55,458 bases of DNA from Candidatus Thorarchaeota archaeon (GCA_004524445.1 SDNP01000021.1:1-55458); one strand, 5' to 3'; positions 29,060 through 39,523 are shown, numbered from the stretch's first letter. The notes: generated from the letters alone by a model not told the origin. Numbers and translations are program-made.

Positions 29060-29428
29060 TTATGCCATTGACTCTTTAACGGCAGGAATATTCAGGTATA
29101 CTAATGTAAGAATGCTTAGTATGATCCCCTCTAGCCAGAAGATCGACAATAGGTAGAGGGGAATTGCCACTATATTGATTATAACAGCCCAATTCCATGC
29201 CCATTCTTCCATATTCCACAACCCTCTCGCAATCCAGAGAGCAAAAATTGCCAAGAGAAAACCAATCGCGGAGGTCGCATCTTCCCAGATTGCGAGACCT
29301 AGAGCGCCAGCAAAGAGCCCCAAAAGGGCGTTTACTAACAGCAGAACGACTGCAATCTTTACCTCTATCGGTTGTTCGGATGGCTTTTTGCCACTAAGAT
29401 CGGATTCGGCAATAGGTATCTCAGTCAT
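29060..29428 (-). CDS. small four-TM membrane protein
   Basis: GGTGA SD before MTEIP; GLW...WAW...YL pattern. Confidence 0.75.
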   Translation of the reverse strand: MTEIPIAESDLSGKKPSEQPIEVKIAVVLLLVNALLGLFAGALGLAIWEDATSAIGFLLAIFALWIARGLWNMEEWAWNWAVIINIVAIPLYLLSIFWLEGIILSILTLVYLNIPAVKESMA

Positions 29429-29609
29429 TGAATTCACCAAATTGCATTGATGATGCACAATACTCCTAATCATCCTTTCTGATACACCAAAAAGATTGCA
29501 AGAACCGGTCATGTGACAGCCGCTTGATGAGCGTAAACTTCCCAGAAGAATAGCCACTAGCCACGAATTGATATTGAGTCACATACTAAGAAATACGAGC
29601 GATTGAGAT

Positions 29610-29921
29610 ATGACAGGTGACGAAAGACGAATTGCTGAAGAAAAAAAGACTATTGAGATGATGATTCACTACTATTGTGATCGTAAACACGAGTCCAAGA
29701 GTCTTTGTCAGGACTGTGAAGAGCTCCTTCGTTATGCACATTCTCGTCTGAATCATTGCAGATACGGTAATGATAAACCAACATGCAGAAGATGTGATAC
29801 TCACTGTTACAGCCCTGTTTATAGAGCAAAAGTCAAGGCGGTCATGCGTTTCGCTGGCCCACGAATGTTGTTTACAGCGCCCATAAGGTGGATCAAGCAT
29901 AAACTACACGATCGTGACTAG
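29610..29921 (+). CDS. YgbA (nitrous oxide-stimulated promoter) family protein
   Basis: EKKTI..MI..YC, LCQDC, KPTC..C..HCY, VMRFAGPRM. Confidence 0.88.
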   Translation: MTGDERRIAEEKKTIEMMIHYYCDRKHESKSLCQDCEELLRYAHSRLNHCRYGNDKPTCRRCDTHCYSPVYRAKVKAVMRFAGPRMLFTAPIRWIKHKLHDRD

Positions 29922-29932
29922 ACACCTCTTCC

Positions 29933-30967
29933 TTACACATCAAGAATCTGCTTGTAATCATGTAACGCCTGTTTTGCACTTGTGACGCCCTCAACGACGG
30001 CATTCCCCTTGGGCAGGAGTGTTATTGTAATTCCATCATCTTTTATTATTTTGAGAAATGCCTCAGTGACCACTGATTTGTAAGCCGCGGGCAACTTCTT
30101 GGCAACGGCATTGAAGTCAATCTTACGACGGGTAGGTGGCGATATACTAAAACTTCCCGTACATAAGATAGTCACCATAAAATCATCCTCCTCAGCAGGC
30201 TCCTTCGAAAGTTTCTTCGAACAGACAGGACAGTCTTCATTCCTATGTATGGCAAAGCGGTCAAAGCTGAGTTGATTGATATCCATATGTAGAAGATGGT
30301 TGGCAAGACTGGGCTCCTTCTGTGTTGATATCATGATTGCCTCTTGAACCTCGATCGAGGCAGCCAGAGAGAGTATCGTTGGAGTCACTCCAACATTTTC
30401 ACAAGTCATTTCTGAGGTGTCTTGCGTGTCACCCAAGAGACAGTGTAGGCACCCGGTTTCGCCGGGGATAAAAGTCGAGATATTGGCATAATGTTGTATG
30501 GCACCTGCATACACGTAGGGAATATGTAGTTCTTGACTCGCTCTGTTGACGGCACGCCTTGCCTTGATTGAGTCCAGTCCATCAAGAATGATATCAGTTC
30601 CTCCAAGGAGGTCGCTAGCGTTATCCTCGCGAATTGTTACGCTGTAGGGTTCAAAAACCACGTCAGGATTCATGGGAGCAAGATTGGATACTGCGGTTTC
30701 TGCCTTTGGGGTCCCGATATCATCTGTGTTATATATGGTTTGACGCTGGAGGTTTGAGAGGTCAACAATATCATGGTCAATCACTCTGATCGTACCAAAT
30801 CCGATGGCTGTTAGAAGACGCAATATGGGGCTACCAAGTCCACCAGCACCCACCACAGTGACATGTGTATCCAGGATTGACTTCATTGCCTGTTCATCCA
30901 CATTTGGCAAAGCAAGCATTCGTGAATACCGGGTTCTTTGGTCGGAGGTGAGTACCAAATTTATCAA
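29933..30967 (-). CDS. ThiF/MoeB (E1-like) adenylyltransferase
   Basis: RYSR, GAGGLG, SNLQRQ, CLHC, TC, CPVC. Confidence 0.92.
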   Translation of the reverse strand: MINLVLTSDQRTRYSRMLALPNVDEQAMKSILDTHVTVVGAGGLGSPILRLLTAIGFGTIRVIDHDIVDLSNLQRQTIYNTDDIGTPKAETAVSNLAPMNPDVVFEPYSVTIREDNASDLLGGTDIILDGLDSIKARRAVNRASQELHIPYVYAGAIQHYANISTFIPGETGCLHCLLGDTQDTSEMTCENVGVTPTILSLAASIEVQEAIMISTQKEPSLANHLLHMDINQLSFDRFAIHRNEDCPVCSKKLSKEPAEEDDFMVTILCTGSFSISPPTRRKIDFNAVAKKLPAAYKSVVTEAFLKIIKDDGITITLLPKGNAVVEGVTSAKQALHDYKQILDV

Positions 30968-31096
30968 CTCTTGAAGCTCTTAGCATATTTACCCTTAAAG
31001 GGATAGATATTGCCCTTTTCGTATCAAGATGTTTTTTAGAATATAACAATTCCATTGCTTGGGCATCGATGTGAATTTGAAGCGAGTCGAGTCTTT

Positions 31097-31924
31097 ATGG
31101 AATTGGAAATAAACCACATAGGTTCAGAATATGGAACCATCGAGTATTACTCATACATGCGCTCAAATCAATCCCCTGTGAATCTCTATATTCATGGCCT
31201 TGGATATCACAAGAACTGGTTCAATAACCATTTTGCAAGATTCGAACTGGACCGCTATTCGTGGATAGTCCCTGACCTAATGGGGCATGGAAACTCGTCA
31301 AAACCGGAGACTCAACAGGCATATACAATGGATAAACAAGCAGAATATCTTGCAGACATTCTGAAGAGAGAGAAAGTAAATCGAATAAGAGTTATAGCCC
31401 ACTCAATGGGAGGAGCAATTGCAATCTCATTATTGGAGCTGTTATCCCGTTCTAGTTCAAAAGGGATAGAACCTATTCTTCTCCTTTATCTTGAGGGAAA
31501 CTTGGATGAAGGAGATGCATTCTTCTCCTCGAAAGTAGCTGAAGTGCCATTTGAGGAATACAAGAAGAGCTTTAAGCCTTGGTGCGAGAAAGTTCTGCAA
31601 ACCACCGAAGATTACTCCATGCGTTCTTGGGTTGAGGCACTCCGAGATGCAGGAAGTTTCACCGTTTGGGCGTCAAGTAGAAACTTGGTAAAGGTCTCAA
31701 AAGAAAGCGATCTCTTCAAGCGTCTTCGAGATGTCTTTGGAGGACCAACTTACTTCGTATTTGGAGAGAGGAACAAGGGGATTTATTCATCAGAAGAATT
31801 GGTAAAGAAAAATAATATGCCAGTGCTATATGTGTCTAATGCAGGACATGCCATGCATGAAGATAACCCGTCAGGATTTTGGAAGATAGTCCTTCAACAA
31901 ATTGAGTCTACATCCAGTAGCTAA
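31097..31924 (+). CDS. alpha/beta hydrolase
   Basis: HGLG, DLMGHG, AHSMGG, AGH. Confidence 0.88.
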   Translation: MELEINHIGSEYGTIEYYSYMRSNQSPVNLYIHGLGYHKNWFNNHFARFELDRYSWIVPDLMGHGNSSKPETQQAYTMDKQAEYLADILKREKVNRIRVIAHSMGGAIAISLLELLSRSSSKGIEPILLLYLEGNLDEGDAFFSSKVAEVPFEEYKKSFKPWCEKVLQTTEDYSMRSWVEALRDAGSFTVWASSRNLVKVSKESDLFKRLRDVFGGPTYFVFGERNKGIYSSEELVKKNNMPVLYVSNAGHAMHEDNPSGFWKIVLQQIESTSSS

Positions 31925-31938
31925 AAAAATAGTAGTTC

Positions 31939-31956
31939 CCGGAGAGTACTCTCCGG
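31939..31956 (-). terminator. hairpin between convergent genes
   Basis: Palindrome CCGGAGAGTACTCTCCGG with an A7 tract at 31923-31929. Confidence 0.5.
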
Positions 31957-31978
31957 AATTTACGCTTGATTTCGAGTT

Positions 31979-32404
31979 TTACCAACTGCGACCGCCAGAG
32001 CTACGACCTCTGCCGCCACCGTAGTCACGTCTGCGACGACCATGGTCAACCTCAGACATGTCATTTTCTTCGTTGACTTCCTCAATCTCTTCGTCAGCTT
32101 CTTCAAGAACGCTCTCGCGTCCGAACTTCAGACGAAGATTGCCCCTGAATAGTCCAGTATGGGCATTTTTCAAAACGTAGGTATTTCCAATTTCCATTTG
32201 ATCGATAGTGTCGTCCCAGAGGGGGATTACAACAGTACCCGTTGTGTCTCCAACGGTAGCATCCGACACACGATGCGTGGAACCATCGCTTCGTGAAGTG
32301 ACCTCATTAGGTTCGGCCTTTTCAAGAACCTTGAATTTGACATTAATATCGCCCATTCTAGGCTCTAACTCAGCGATTTCCAAATCTTTAGTTTCTTCAG
32401 ACAT
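31979..32404 (-). CDS. ssb: single-OB-fold ssDNA-binding protein, paralog 1 (RGG-rich tail)
   Basis: INVKFKVLEK, VGDTTG, LWD, NAHTGLFRGNLRL; acidic linker then RG-rich tail. Confidence 0.88.
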   Translation of the reverse strand: MSEETKDLEIAELEPRMGDINVKFKVLEKAEPNEVTSRSDGSTHRVSDATVGDTTGTVVIPLWDDTIDQMEIGNTYVLKNAHTGLFRGNLRLKFGRESVLEEADEEIEEVNEENDMSEVDHGRRRRDYGGGRGRSSGGRSW

Positions 32405-32654
32405 TCGTATCACTTTATAGTTACAACAAGCTTCCAATAAGAAAAGTATCAAAGAATTGCACACACTCGTACGCTTCTAAAAAACACTCGACTCTAATTA
32501 TCCGCTCTGTATTTCTCACTTTCTCTTAGGTCACTTATAAACTTCCGCATGACTCATTCTTTTCATATGATTAGCTGTAAGGAATGTCAATCTTCAGGGA
32601 TTCCTAATATGGAACATGATTGAGAAATTAAGTCAACGCATAGCAAGACCATCT

Positions 32655-33152
32655 TTAGCCTATCTTTTTCTCGTAGAAGCAGCTCTCATTATGGGTGTGG
32701 ACCAATTCATATCCCATTGCCTCATAGAGATGTCGTGCGGGAGCATTCCATTCTATGACATGAAGGGCTATCGTAACAAGCCCTTCCTTCCTTGTCCATT
32801 TCTCAGCCTCTTGCAAGAGCATCCGCGCTATGCCATGCCTTCGAAGTTCGGGAACCACATATAGATTATATATCCAAGTGAGCCGAGATTTGAACCGCCA
32901 GAATGGTTCTCGACTGCACAGCCAAATGAGAGCGATTTGCGGACGGGCTCTGGAGTCCACTATAAGGACTTCATGAGAAGGGTTGGACAGATCAATTGGA
33001 TCCTCCTCATCCATCTTTCTGAACTTCTCCAAAATTTGCCTCTCGGTTAAGTCTTCAGAACGATTTAGTGTCCCTTTGAATGCCTCCAATTCAGCAGCCT
33101 TGAAAAAATCTACATCTTTCCTTCTATCCCATCTTCGGATTACCGTCTTCAA
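32655..33152 (-). CDS. GNAT acetyltransferase
   Basis: LYVVPELRRHGIA, NAPARHLYEAMGY. Confidence 0.88.
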   Translation of the reverse strand: MKTVIRRWDRRKDVDFFKAAELEAFKGTLNRSEDLTERQILEKFRKMDEEDPIDLSNPSHEVLIVDSRARPQIALIWLCSREPFWRFKSRLTWIYNLYVVPELRRHGIARMLLQEAEKWTRKEGLVTIALHVIEWNAPARHLYEAMGYELVHTHNESCFYEKKIG

Positions 33153-33484
33153 CTCAATATGACTCCTTTCTGAAAACTGCAGTCAGATATACCTCTTGCT
33201 GGTCTATATTTAGCAACCGGTCTGCGTAGTGATATCGGTTCTAATTCACTCTGAAAGGATGATATGGATCGTCTGCTAGGAATGAGGGGAAATCGTTCAT
33301 TATCCCTCTATATTTGGTTTTCGCAGAAAATGTGTAAACAAAAAGCAATGAATGGACCGGAATCAATCACATGCGGAAGTTCACGGTAGAACCATGGAAT
33401 CAGCATGGCCATAGTCCAGTCACATGCATTTGGTAGACAAGGTCTACCAGTCAAATATTGTTCGGCTTTGCGCTAGCCTCTCTA

Positions 33485-33874
33485 TTACCAACGGGTTTCG
33501 CGTCGACGATTGTGGACGACCTCGGACACATTATTGTCCAGGTTCACATCTTCGATATCCTCATCGATATCGACAAGCTCGCTTTCCTGATTGAATTTCA
33601 ATCGGAGATTCCCTTGGAACAGTCCAGTATGGGCATTTTTCAGCTCATAGGTTGTTCCTGTTTCGAGTTTGTCAATAGTGTCATCCCAGACGGGAATTAC
33701 AACGGCACCGGTACTGTCTCCGACAACAGTGTCGGATACGTAATGGGTAGAGTCGTCTCTACGAGAGGTTACCTCATTGGTTTCACCTTTCTCAACTACC
33801 TTGAAGGTGACATTAATGTCACCCATTCCGGGTTCTAGTTCTGCGATGTCGACGTCACGATTTTCAGTTGTCAT
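33485..33874 (-). CDS. ssb: single-OB-fold ssDNA-binding protein, paralog 2
   Basis: Same motifs as paralog 1; GTGAT SD; ends RRRETRW. Confidence 0.88.
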   Translation of the reverse strand: MTTENRDVDIAELEPGMGDINVTFKVVEKGETNEVTSRRDDSTHYVSDTVVGDSTGAVVIPVWDDTIDKLETGTTYELKNAHTGLFQGNLRLKFNQESELVDIDEDIEDVNLDNNVSEVVHNRRRETRW

Positions 33875-33893
33875 CAGTATCACTCAAGTTTTC

Positions 33894-33961
33894 TTAACAG
33901 GCATCAAAAAAGAAACGTATCAACGAAGAGCACTATTACGCAACACTTCAAAATTCAACTT
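33894..33961 (-). promoter_or_regulatory. conserved 5' leader element of ssb paralog 2
   Basis: 67/68 identical to 54025-54092; lies between the TATA box (34003-34010) and the start codon. Confidence 0.65.
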
Positions 33962-34289
33962 CACTTATCCTTTGCTCTGTGATTAGGTATCACCATCTAT
34001 GCTTTATAAAATTCAGGGTTCTCGAAAAACCACACATAGCCGTTAATTTGCCCGGCATGTGCCTTCAATTTGCTCGTGGACTTTGGAGGCCCCTGCTATT
34101 TCATACAGAAGTCACTCTTTCTAAAATGAAAGCTCGAAACAATGCTAAGAGAACGTGTGAACAGCAGAAACGCTTCTTCTCAATTTGCAATGAGCGTCGC
34201 CACCGACTCCATGAGATTATACTAAGGAGGTGGAGTGAGTTGGGTAGATAGAAAAGACAATAAACTAGGAAGACTCTTCGCCTAGGTAT

Positions 34290-35294
34290 GTGTTGTTAAT
34301 GGTTTCCTCAGTCCCTTCATCTCGCGGAAGCATGAAATATGTTGCAACGGTAAACTCTGCGCGGGGTTACTTAAGGCAGAGAGACTTCTTGACCTATGCT
34401 TCACAGCTGGTTCCTGAACCCCAAGGGTCTGAAACATGGTCCCTTGCTTGGGGATATATCCGGCGCTTCGATGACATGCTCGATTCTCCTAGGTTGAGCA
34501 AAGAGAGCGCACGGAGTATGCTAGAAAAGGAACAGGTCATCGTGGAACCGGGCATGGAGGGTGATTTGAAAGTATCAGATACTGCACCTCTGCGACATCG
34601 TTGGTTGGCACAGTTTTTTGATAACGAACGTAAATACTACTCAGGCGATGCCTTGAAGGTAGTTCAGGATTTGTATGAGAGCGCGTGGGAAGATGTTGAC
34701 CGGCGGGGAAAGATTCTCTCCCAGGAAGAAATGGATCGGTTATTATACAAAAAGGCACGGAGCTTCTTCAAACTATATTTCATTCTCTCTGATTTCGACC
34801 TGGGAAATCACCTAGATGATCTTTCATACGTTTTGGGAATGGGACTCGGAATTTTGGATGATATACTAGATATAGCATTTGATTACGAGTCGAACTATGT
34901 CAATATATCTCGTGAAGAAATGGAGATGTTAGGCATCGATTTACAGCCAGATGACAAGGGCTTCCTAGATCGTGTCATCAAGGCCGGATATCTATCATAC
35001 CGGGCAAAACGAATCATGTCCTTCTTACTAAGAGCAAGAAGGCTCTCGCGTCACCTTCGTAGTAAATTGGTCCGAACATTCATTTTGCGCTTGACCGAGA
35101 TTTTCGCGGCGCCAATAATAGAAGGGAGATTGGTTCCTGGTCAGCAATACTTTTTCAAAGGTGGACGTTTATTCAATCGGATTCTGCCACAGAACGAATC
35201 GCTGGCATACAAAATGGGGCATAAATTCATTGAGATTGCCCTTATGTACCCGCAAACGATAACCGGCTTCTTCAAACGCTATTCTGAGGAGTAG
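34290..35294 (+). CDS. class I isoprenoid-synthase-fold protein (squalene/phytoene synthase-like)
   Basis: Two aspartate-rich motifs, RRFDDMLD and LDDILD, followed by D...YVNISRE. Start uncertain. Confidence 0.65.
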   Translation: MLLMVSSVPSSRGSMKYVATVNSARGYLRQRDFLTYASQLVPEPQGSETWSLAWGYIRRFDDMLDSPRLSKESARSMLEKEQVIVEPGMEGDLKVSDTAPLRHRWLAQFFDNERKYYSGDALKVVQDLYESAWEDVDRRGKILSQEEMDRLLYKKARSFFKLYFILSDFDLGNHLDDLSYVLGMGLGILDDILDIAFDYESNYVNISREEMEMLGIDLQPDDKGFLDRVIKAGYLSYRAKRIMSFLLRARRLSRHLRSKLVRTFILRLTEIFAAPIIEGRLVPGQQYFFKGGRLFNRILPQNESLAYKMGHKFIEIALMYPQTITGFFKRYSEE

Positions 35295-35320
35295 GAACAA
35301 GTCACTTACTTGAGCAGCAT

Positions 35321-36664
35321 TCATCCAAGAAGATTCGTAACCAAGCTCTTGTAAGCCTTGTAAGTGAGATCTAGTGTGCCAAGTGACACCCGTTCATTAC
35401 TTGAATGTGGCATTGCTATTAATTCATTACCGGACATGCGGTCGTCGAAGACACTAAATCCGTAAGCATCAGTACCGAACTCATTTCTGAAGAATCTCGA
35501 GTCGGTCTGCCCAGGCGAAAAGAGGGGGACTAATTCTGCCTTCACTCCATGAATATCCTTTAACACAGACTCCATCGCTGATATCATTGGAGAATTCAGA
35601 GAACTCTCATTTCCCTCTATTGGTTCATAGTGGGGAATAGGAAGTAGTTCAACATTGACATCATAGGAGAGGGATTTCAAGTGATGACGAATCCGGTCCA
35701 TGACATAATCTACAGTCTGTCCGGGAAGTCTTCGGATGTCTAAATCAACGTATGCTCTGCTTGGAACGACGTTTGTCTTTGTTCCACCTTGAGTTACATT
35801 GGGAGATATTGTCATCTGGCTAATGGCATGCAGTAGTTTCGCTTGAGCTGGATCCTTCCGTTCTAAGTACCTCAAAACATAGGGCATGAAAATCGCCTTA
35901 CCCAATAACCACTTGGTGAATCGTGATATTGGCATCTTTTCAGTCAGTATCTTGACGTAGTCAGTTCGTATTCTCTGTGGAAAGATAGCCAGTCTTTGAA
36001 TTACTTTGGATAATTTCACTACCGCATTATCACTGGCAAAGGGCATGGAACCGTGCTGCTCTTTTCCCTTTGTAGTAACTCTCAACCAACAATCTCCCTT
36101 TTCCCCGTACTGGAAAGCGTATCGGTTATTTGCAACAGGAAATCCTCCAATCTCTGTTACCAAATAATCTGCCTCGACTTTCTCACGATGATGCTGAATC
36201 ATCCATTGAGCCCCGAATCTACCATGAGTTTCCTCGTCGGACACGATTAGAAGTTTGAGGGTGCCGTTTGGTTCAAATCCATCTCGATAAAGATGAGCGA
36301 ATGTCACAACCTGACAAGATACAATGAATAGCATATCGAAAGTCCCACGCCCCCAGATGAATCCATCATGTATTTCACCTGAGAAGGGAGGAACCTGCCA
36401 GCTGTCTTCGTCTTCTACTGGGACCACGTCAACATGTGCTGGCCCCAGCATCAAACTTGGTCCATCATTCCCTTTGATCTCTGCATAAAGATTCCCTCGT
36501 TCTGGTGCAGATTCAAAGACTTCTGCCTGAATACCATACCCCTGAAGAAACCGATCGACGGTCGTAATCGACTTCATCTCATTTCCAGGAGGGGTCACAC
36601 ACTTGTTCTGGACGAGTTCCTGAAGTAACCCTACTATCTCATCACGGGGCTGCATTTTAGACAT
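35321..36664 (-). CDS. M20 family metallopeptidase/deacylase
   Basis: HVDVVP, WGRGTFDM, DEE, HGS, TDSR, HSSNE. Confidence 0.92.
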   Translation of the reverse strand: MSKMQPRDEIVGLLQELVQNKCVTPPGNEMKSITTVDRFLQGYGIQAEVFESAPERGNLYAEIKGNDGPSLMLGPAHVDVVPVEDEDSWQVPPFSGEIHDGFIWGRGTFDMLFIVSCQVVTFAHLYRDGFEPNGTLKLLIVSDEETHGRFGAQWMIQHHREKVEADYLVTEIGGFPVANNRYAFQYGEKGDCWLRVTTKGKEQHGSMPFASDNAVVKLSKVIQRLAIFPQRIRTDYVKILTEKMPISRFTKWLLGKAIFMPYVLRYLERKDPAQAKLLHAISQMTISPNVTQGGTKTNVVPSRAYVDLDIRRLPGQTVDYVMDRIRHHLKSLSYDVNVELLPIPHYEPIEGNESSLNSPMISAMESVLKDIHGVKAELVPLFSPGQTDSRFFRNEFGTDAYGFSVFDDRMSGNELIAMPHSSNERVSLGTLDLTYKAYKSLVTNLLG

Positions 36665-36760
36665 CTCTATCCAAGTACGAAAGTACCATGACTAAAAAGG
36701 GAATTGTATTTTGTAGAGGGCCTGCACGGACGATGAACAAAGACGAAACTTGACAACTAA

Positions 36761-37531
36761 TTAGGTGCTAACCTCAAATCGAGCCACTTTAGGTTTGGAG
36801 AGCAGAGACCACTCTCCTACCTCTCCTGTATGTCGGGCTCCTAATTCAACATGAAGCATTGCTATGCCACAATCAATTACCTTCGATGTGCCCCAGTCAA
36901 TGAACCCGCCGTATGAGATGGTTATGGAGTCGGAGTCAATCGCGAATCGCCATGGTTGACGGTTGACTGCCGACGGGGCTAATCGTGCAGCCTCAAGAGC
37001 CAACTCAACCCATTCTCGATCCACATCTCCGGACTTGATGAGTTTGGAGAGAGGTTTTCTATCGTGCTCTCGTTTATTTCCAACACGATCCTTCGATTCT
37101 TCTGCGTATCCAAGTGGCGATACACCTACTATTTGTTCACCGTCCCTTATGGCCACATCTTCTTCAGCCCTCTCAGGACGAAAGAAACCAGTCACCCAAC
37201 AAGTATTCAGAGCTCTACTCGTAGCCTCCAAGATGATTCCTTCCCCAAGATACCCCAAGGCGGCCTCAAAGTGATTGACCTCAGTATCACCCACAAAGGC
37301 AACATAGTGAGGTGCCTGTTTTACCTTCAGAATGGGACCGATTAGGCCCTTGAATACGTCGGATTTTGGTGCTCTAACAAGAACGGCACGAGCGCCTGCA
37401 AAAGGGGTGAATTCTTCACAGATCTCCTCGATTTCGGCCAGAAGACCAGAGGATACAGGCTCTTCAGTGTATTGTCTTACAGAATGTCTCTTTTCTATGG
37501 CGTCATACCATGTGTCCACAGGAATATGCAT
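36761..37531 (-). CDS. two-domain nitroreductase family protein
   Basis: RHSVRQY, LNTCWV, APSAVNRQPWRF, DCGIAMLH. Confidence 0.9.
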   Translation of the reverse strand: MHIPVDTWYDAIEKRHSVRQYTEEPVSSGLLAEIEEICEEFTPFAGARAVLVRAPKSDVFKGLIGPILKVKQAPHYVAFVGDTEVNHFEAALGYLGEGIILEATSRALNTCWVTGFFRPERAEEDVAIRDGEQIVGVSPLGYAEESKDRVGNKREHDRKPLSKLIKSGDVDREWVELALEAARLAPSAVNRQPWRFAIDSDSITISYGGFIDWGTSKVIDCGIAMLHVELGARHTGEVGEWSLLSKPKVARFEVST

Positions 37532-37602
37532 GAATACTCTGGATAGATTTTGCACCTGCTGATTGAAAAATATTGAGCCATCAGTGAACTATCATATAAT
37601 TT

Positions 37603-37622
37603 AAATATCGAGATTGTTCGAT
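37603..37622 (+). promoter_or_regulatory. candidate ArsR operator upstream of acr3
   Basis: AAATATCGAGATTGTTCGAT; 18/20 match to the reverse complement of 40620-40639. Confidence 0.6.
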
Positions 37623-37677
37623 TATTTGTTGTTCTGAAACTGGTTCCGGTGTACACAATCAATAGGAAGGAAATGCC

Positions 37678-38766
37678 ATGACAAATAGCTCCAGAAGAGA
37701 AATGAATCTTGCAGATAATAAAGCCCTGAGTGAGGAAGAGATTAGAACAAGAGTAGGATTAGGTCTCTTCGAGAAATATCTACCACTTTGGGTAGCTATC
37801 TGTATGATAATTGGAATTGCGTTATCGCTTACAGTTCCAGGAATCAGTGAGGTGATCGACCAGCTTCAAATCGCCGGAATATCAATTCCAATAGGAATCT
37901 GTCTTTTTTTGATGATGTATCCCGCCATGTTGAATGTACAAGCAGAGGAGCTGAAGAAGTTGGGCAAGAATCCAAAGCCAATCATTCTCACACTGGTTTC
38001 CAATTGGATTGTAGCACCTTTGGTAGGTGTAGCACTTGCAAATATCTTCCTAGGAAGTAATCAGCAGCTCATTGTTGCAATCATTCTGCTCTCTTCTAGT
38101 CCCTGTACGGCCATGGTACTGGTTTGGGGGTATCTGGCAAATGGCAACCAAGAACAGAATATCATCAATACCAGTTTCAATACTGTGACTATCATGATTC
38201 TTTATGCACCTATAGTCGCTCTGTTGACAGGGATTTCATCTATTCCGATAGATCGTTGGCTCCTAGTGATATCGGTAACTGTATTCATTGGGGCCCCATT
38301 AGTGTTTGGTGTCGTAAGCAAGAGGGTTCTGACTGACTGGCGAGGAGTTGAATGGTTCAATGAAAAATACAAACCTACCGTAGGGAAAATAGGACTTGTT
38401 GCTCTGCTCGTGACATTGATAGTTCTGTTCTCACTGAATGGTAAAGTTATGATGGAGAATCCTGATCTTCTAATCCTTGTATCAATCCCACTTCTACTCG
38501 GCTTTCTCATCGTGGTTGTGTATAACCTTCTTATTACAAGAATGGCTGCATTAGCCTATCAAGAGGGTGTGATTACTGTGATCATTGGTTCCTCTAGTCA
38601 CTTCGAAATCGCAATAGCCACAGCAATCTCGATGTATGGAGTAGGATCCATAGCTGCTCTAGGCACAACAATGGGCTTATTTTGGGAAGTGCCCATCATG
38701 CTGGGTATCGTCTATCTTGCAAGATACTTGCACAAAAAGAAGTTCTGGCAAGGAGAGCCTATGTAA
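37678..38766 (+). CDS. acr3: Acr3 arsenite efflux transporter
   Basis: MMYP, NW, PCTAMVLVW, HFEIAIA, EVP. Confidence 0.93.
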   Translation: MTNSSRREMNLADNKALSEEEIRTRVGLGLFEKYLPLWVAICMIIGIALSLTVPGISEVIDQLQIAGISIPIGICLFLMMYPAMLNVQAEELKKLGKNPKPIILTLVSNWIVAPLVGVALANIFLGSNQQLIVAIILLSSSPCTAMVLVWGYLANGNQEQNIINTSFNTVTIMILYAPIVALLTGISSIPIDRWLLVISVTVFIGAPLVFGVVSKRVLTDWRGVEWFNEKYKPTVGKIGLVALLVTLIVLFSLNGKVMMENPDLLILVSIPLLLGFLIVVVYNLLITRMAALAYQEGVITVIIGSSSHFEIAIATAISMYGVGSIAALGTTMGLFWEVPIMLGIVYLARYLHKKKFWQGEPM

Positions 38767-38822
38767 TCAAAATAGATAGATATTTTGATGCGCTAGACTA
38801 TACAGATAGCTGGGGATTAACA

Positions 38823-39116
38823 TTGACCGAAGATGAAGAAATTAACTGGAGAGTGGAATTTCACAAGGCATTGAGCAACCCAAACAGATTAGAGATTTTG
38901 GAGCTCATTGGTGATAAGGAGATATGCCAGTGCGAAATTTTCCCTAAGATGGGACTGGCTCAATCAACAATTTCATCATATTTGGCGCAGTTGGTGAGGG
39001 CGGATGTTTTGGATGAACGCAAGGATGGGGCAAGAAAGTTGTATAAAATCAGCGACCCTCGGATTAGAGAGATTATTGACGATACTAAAGCCATTGCAGG
39101 TAGGTTAACAGATTAG
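38823..39116 (+). CDS. arsR: ArsR/SmtB repressor
   Basis: KALSNPNRLEIL, EICQCE, AQSTISSYL; TTG start inferred. Confidence 0.88.
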   Translation: MTEDEEINWRVEFHKALSNPNRLEILELIGDKEICQCEIFPKMGLAQSTISSYLAQLVRADVLDERKDGARKLYKISDPRIREIIDDTKAIAGRLTD

Positions 39117-39278
39117 CAAATGATGTCCGAGCGCCAACTTCAAAAGAGCAGAAACATCATCACTCTTTCGGAGTGATGCCTGATTTTAGGTCATTCTTGA
39201 ACGGGAAATGACTCCATCATACAGTGGATGCCTCCAAATTATTATCAGTTGGAAGGATTTGTGCTGCATTTCAGAAGC

Positions 39279-39512
39279 TCATAGTCCAAGCAATTTCTCA
39301 ATTTCACTCTCGGTGGGTACGCGTCCTGAGATTTTTACTTCACCATCAATAGCAACTGCCGGAGTCATCAACACTCCACGCGCAACTATTTCGTCTATTT
39401 CATTGACCTCGGAAAGAATAGCAGAATGGTTATGCTTCCGGAGGACGTTTTCAATATTTTTCTTGGTGGTTTGGCATTTTGCGCAACCTGTTCCGAACAC
39501 TTCGATTTTCAT
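39279..39512 (-). CDS. small thioredoxin-like redox-active disulfide protein
   Basis: GTGCAKC, GVLMTPAVAIDG. Confidence 0.9.
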   Translation of the reverse strand: MKIEVFGTGCAKCQTTKKNIENVLRKHNHSAILSEVNEIDEIVARGVLMTPAVAIDGEVKISGRVPTESEIEKLLGL

Positions 39513-39523
39513 TATATCAACTC

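Noticed and set aside
33777-33986. Similar plus-strand ORFs at 33777-33986 and 53908-54120
   Set aside because: Antisense shadows of the ssb genes and their conserved leaders; no synonymous pattern supports coding.
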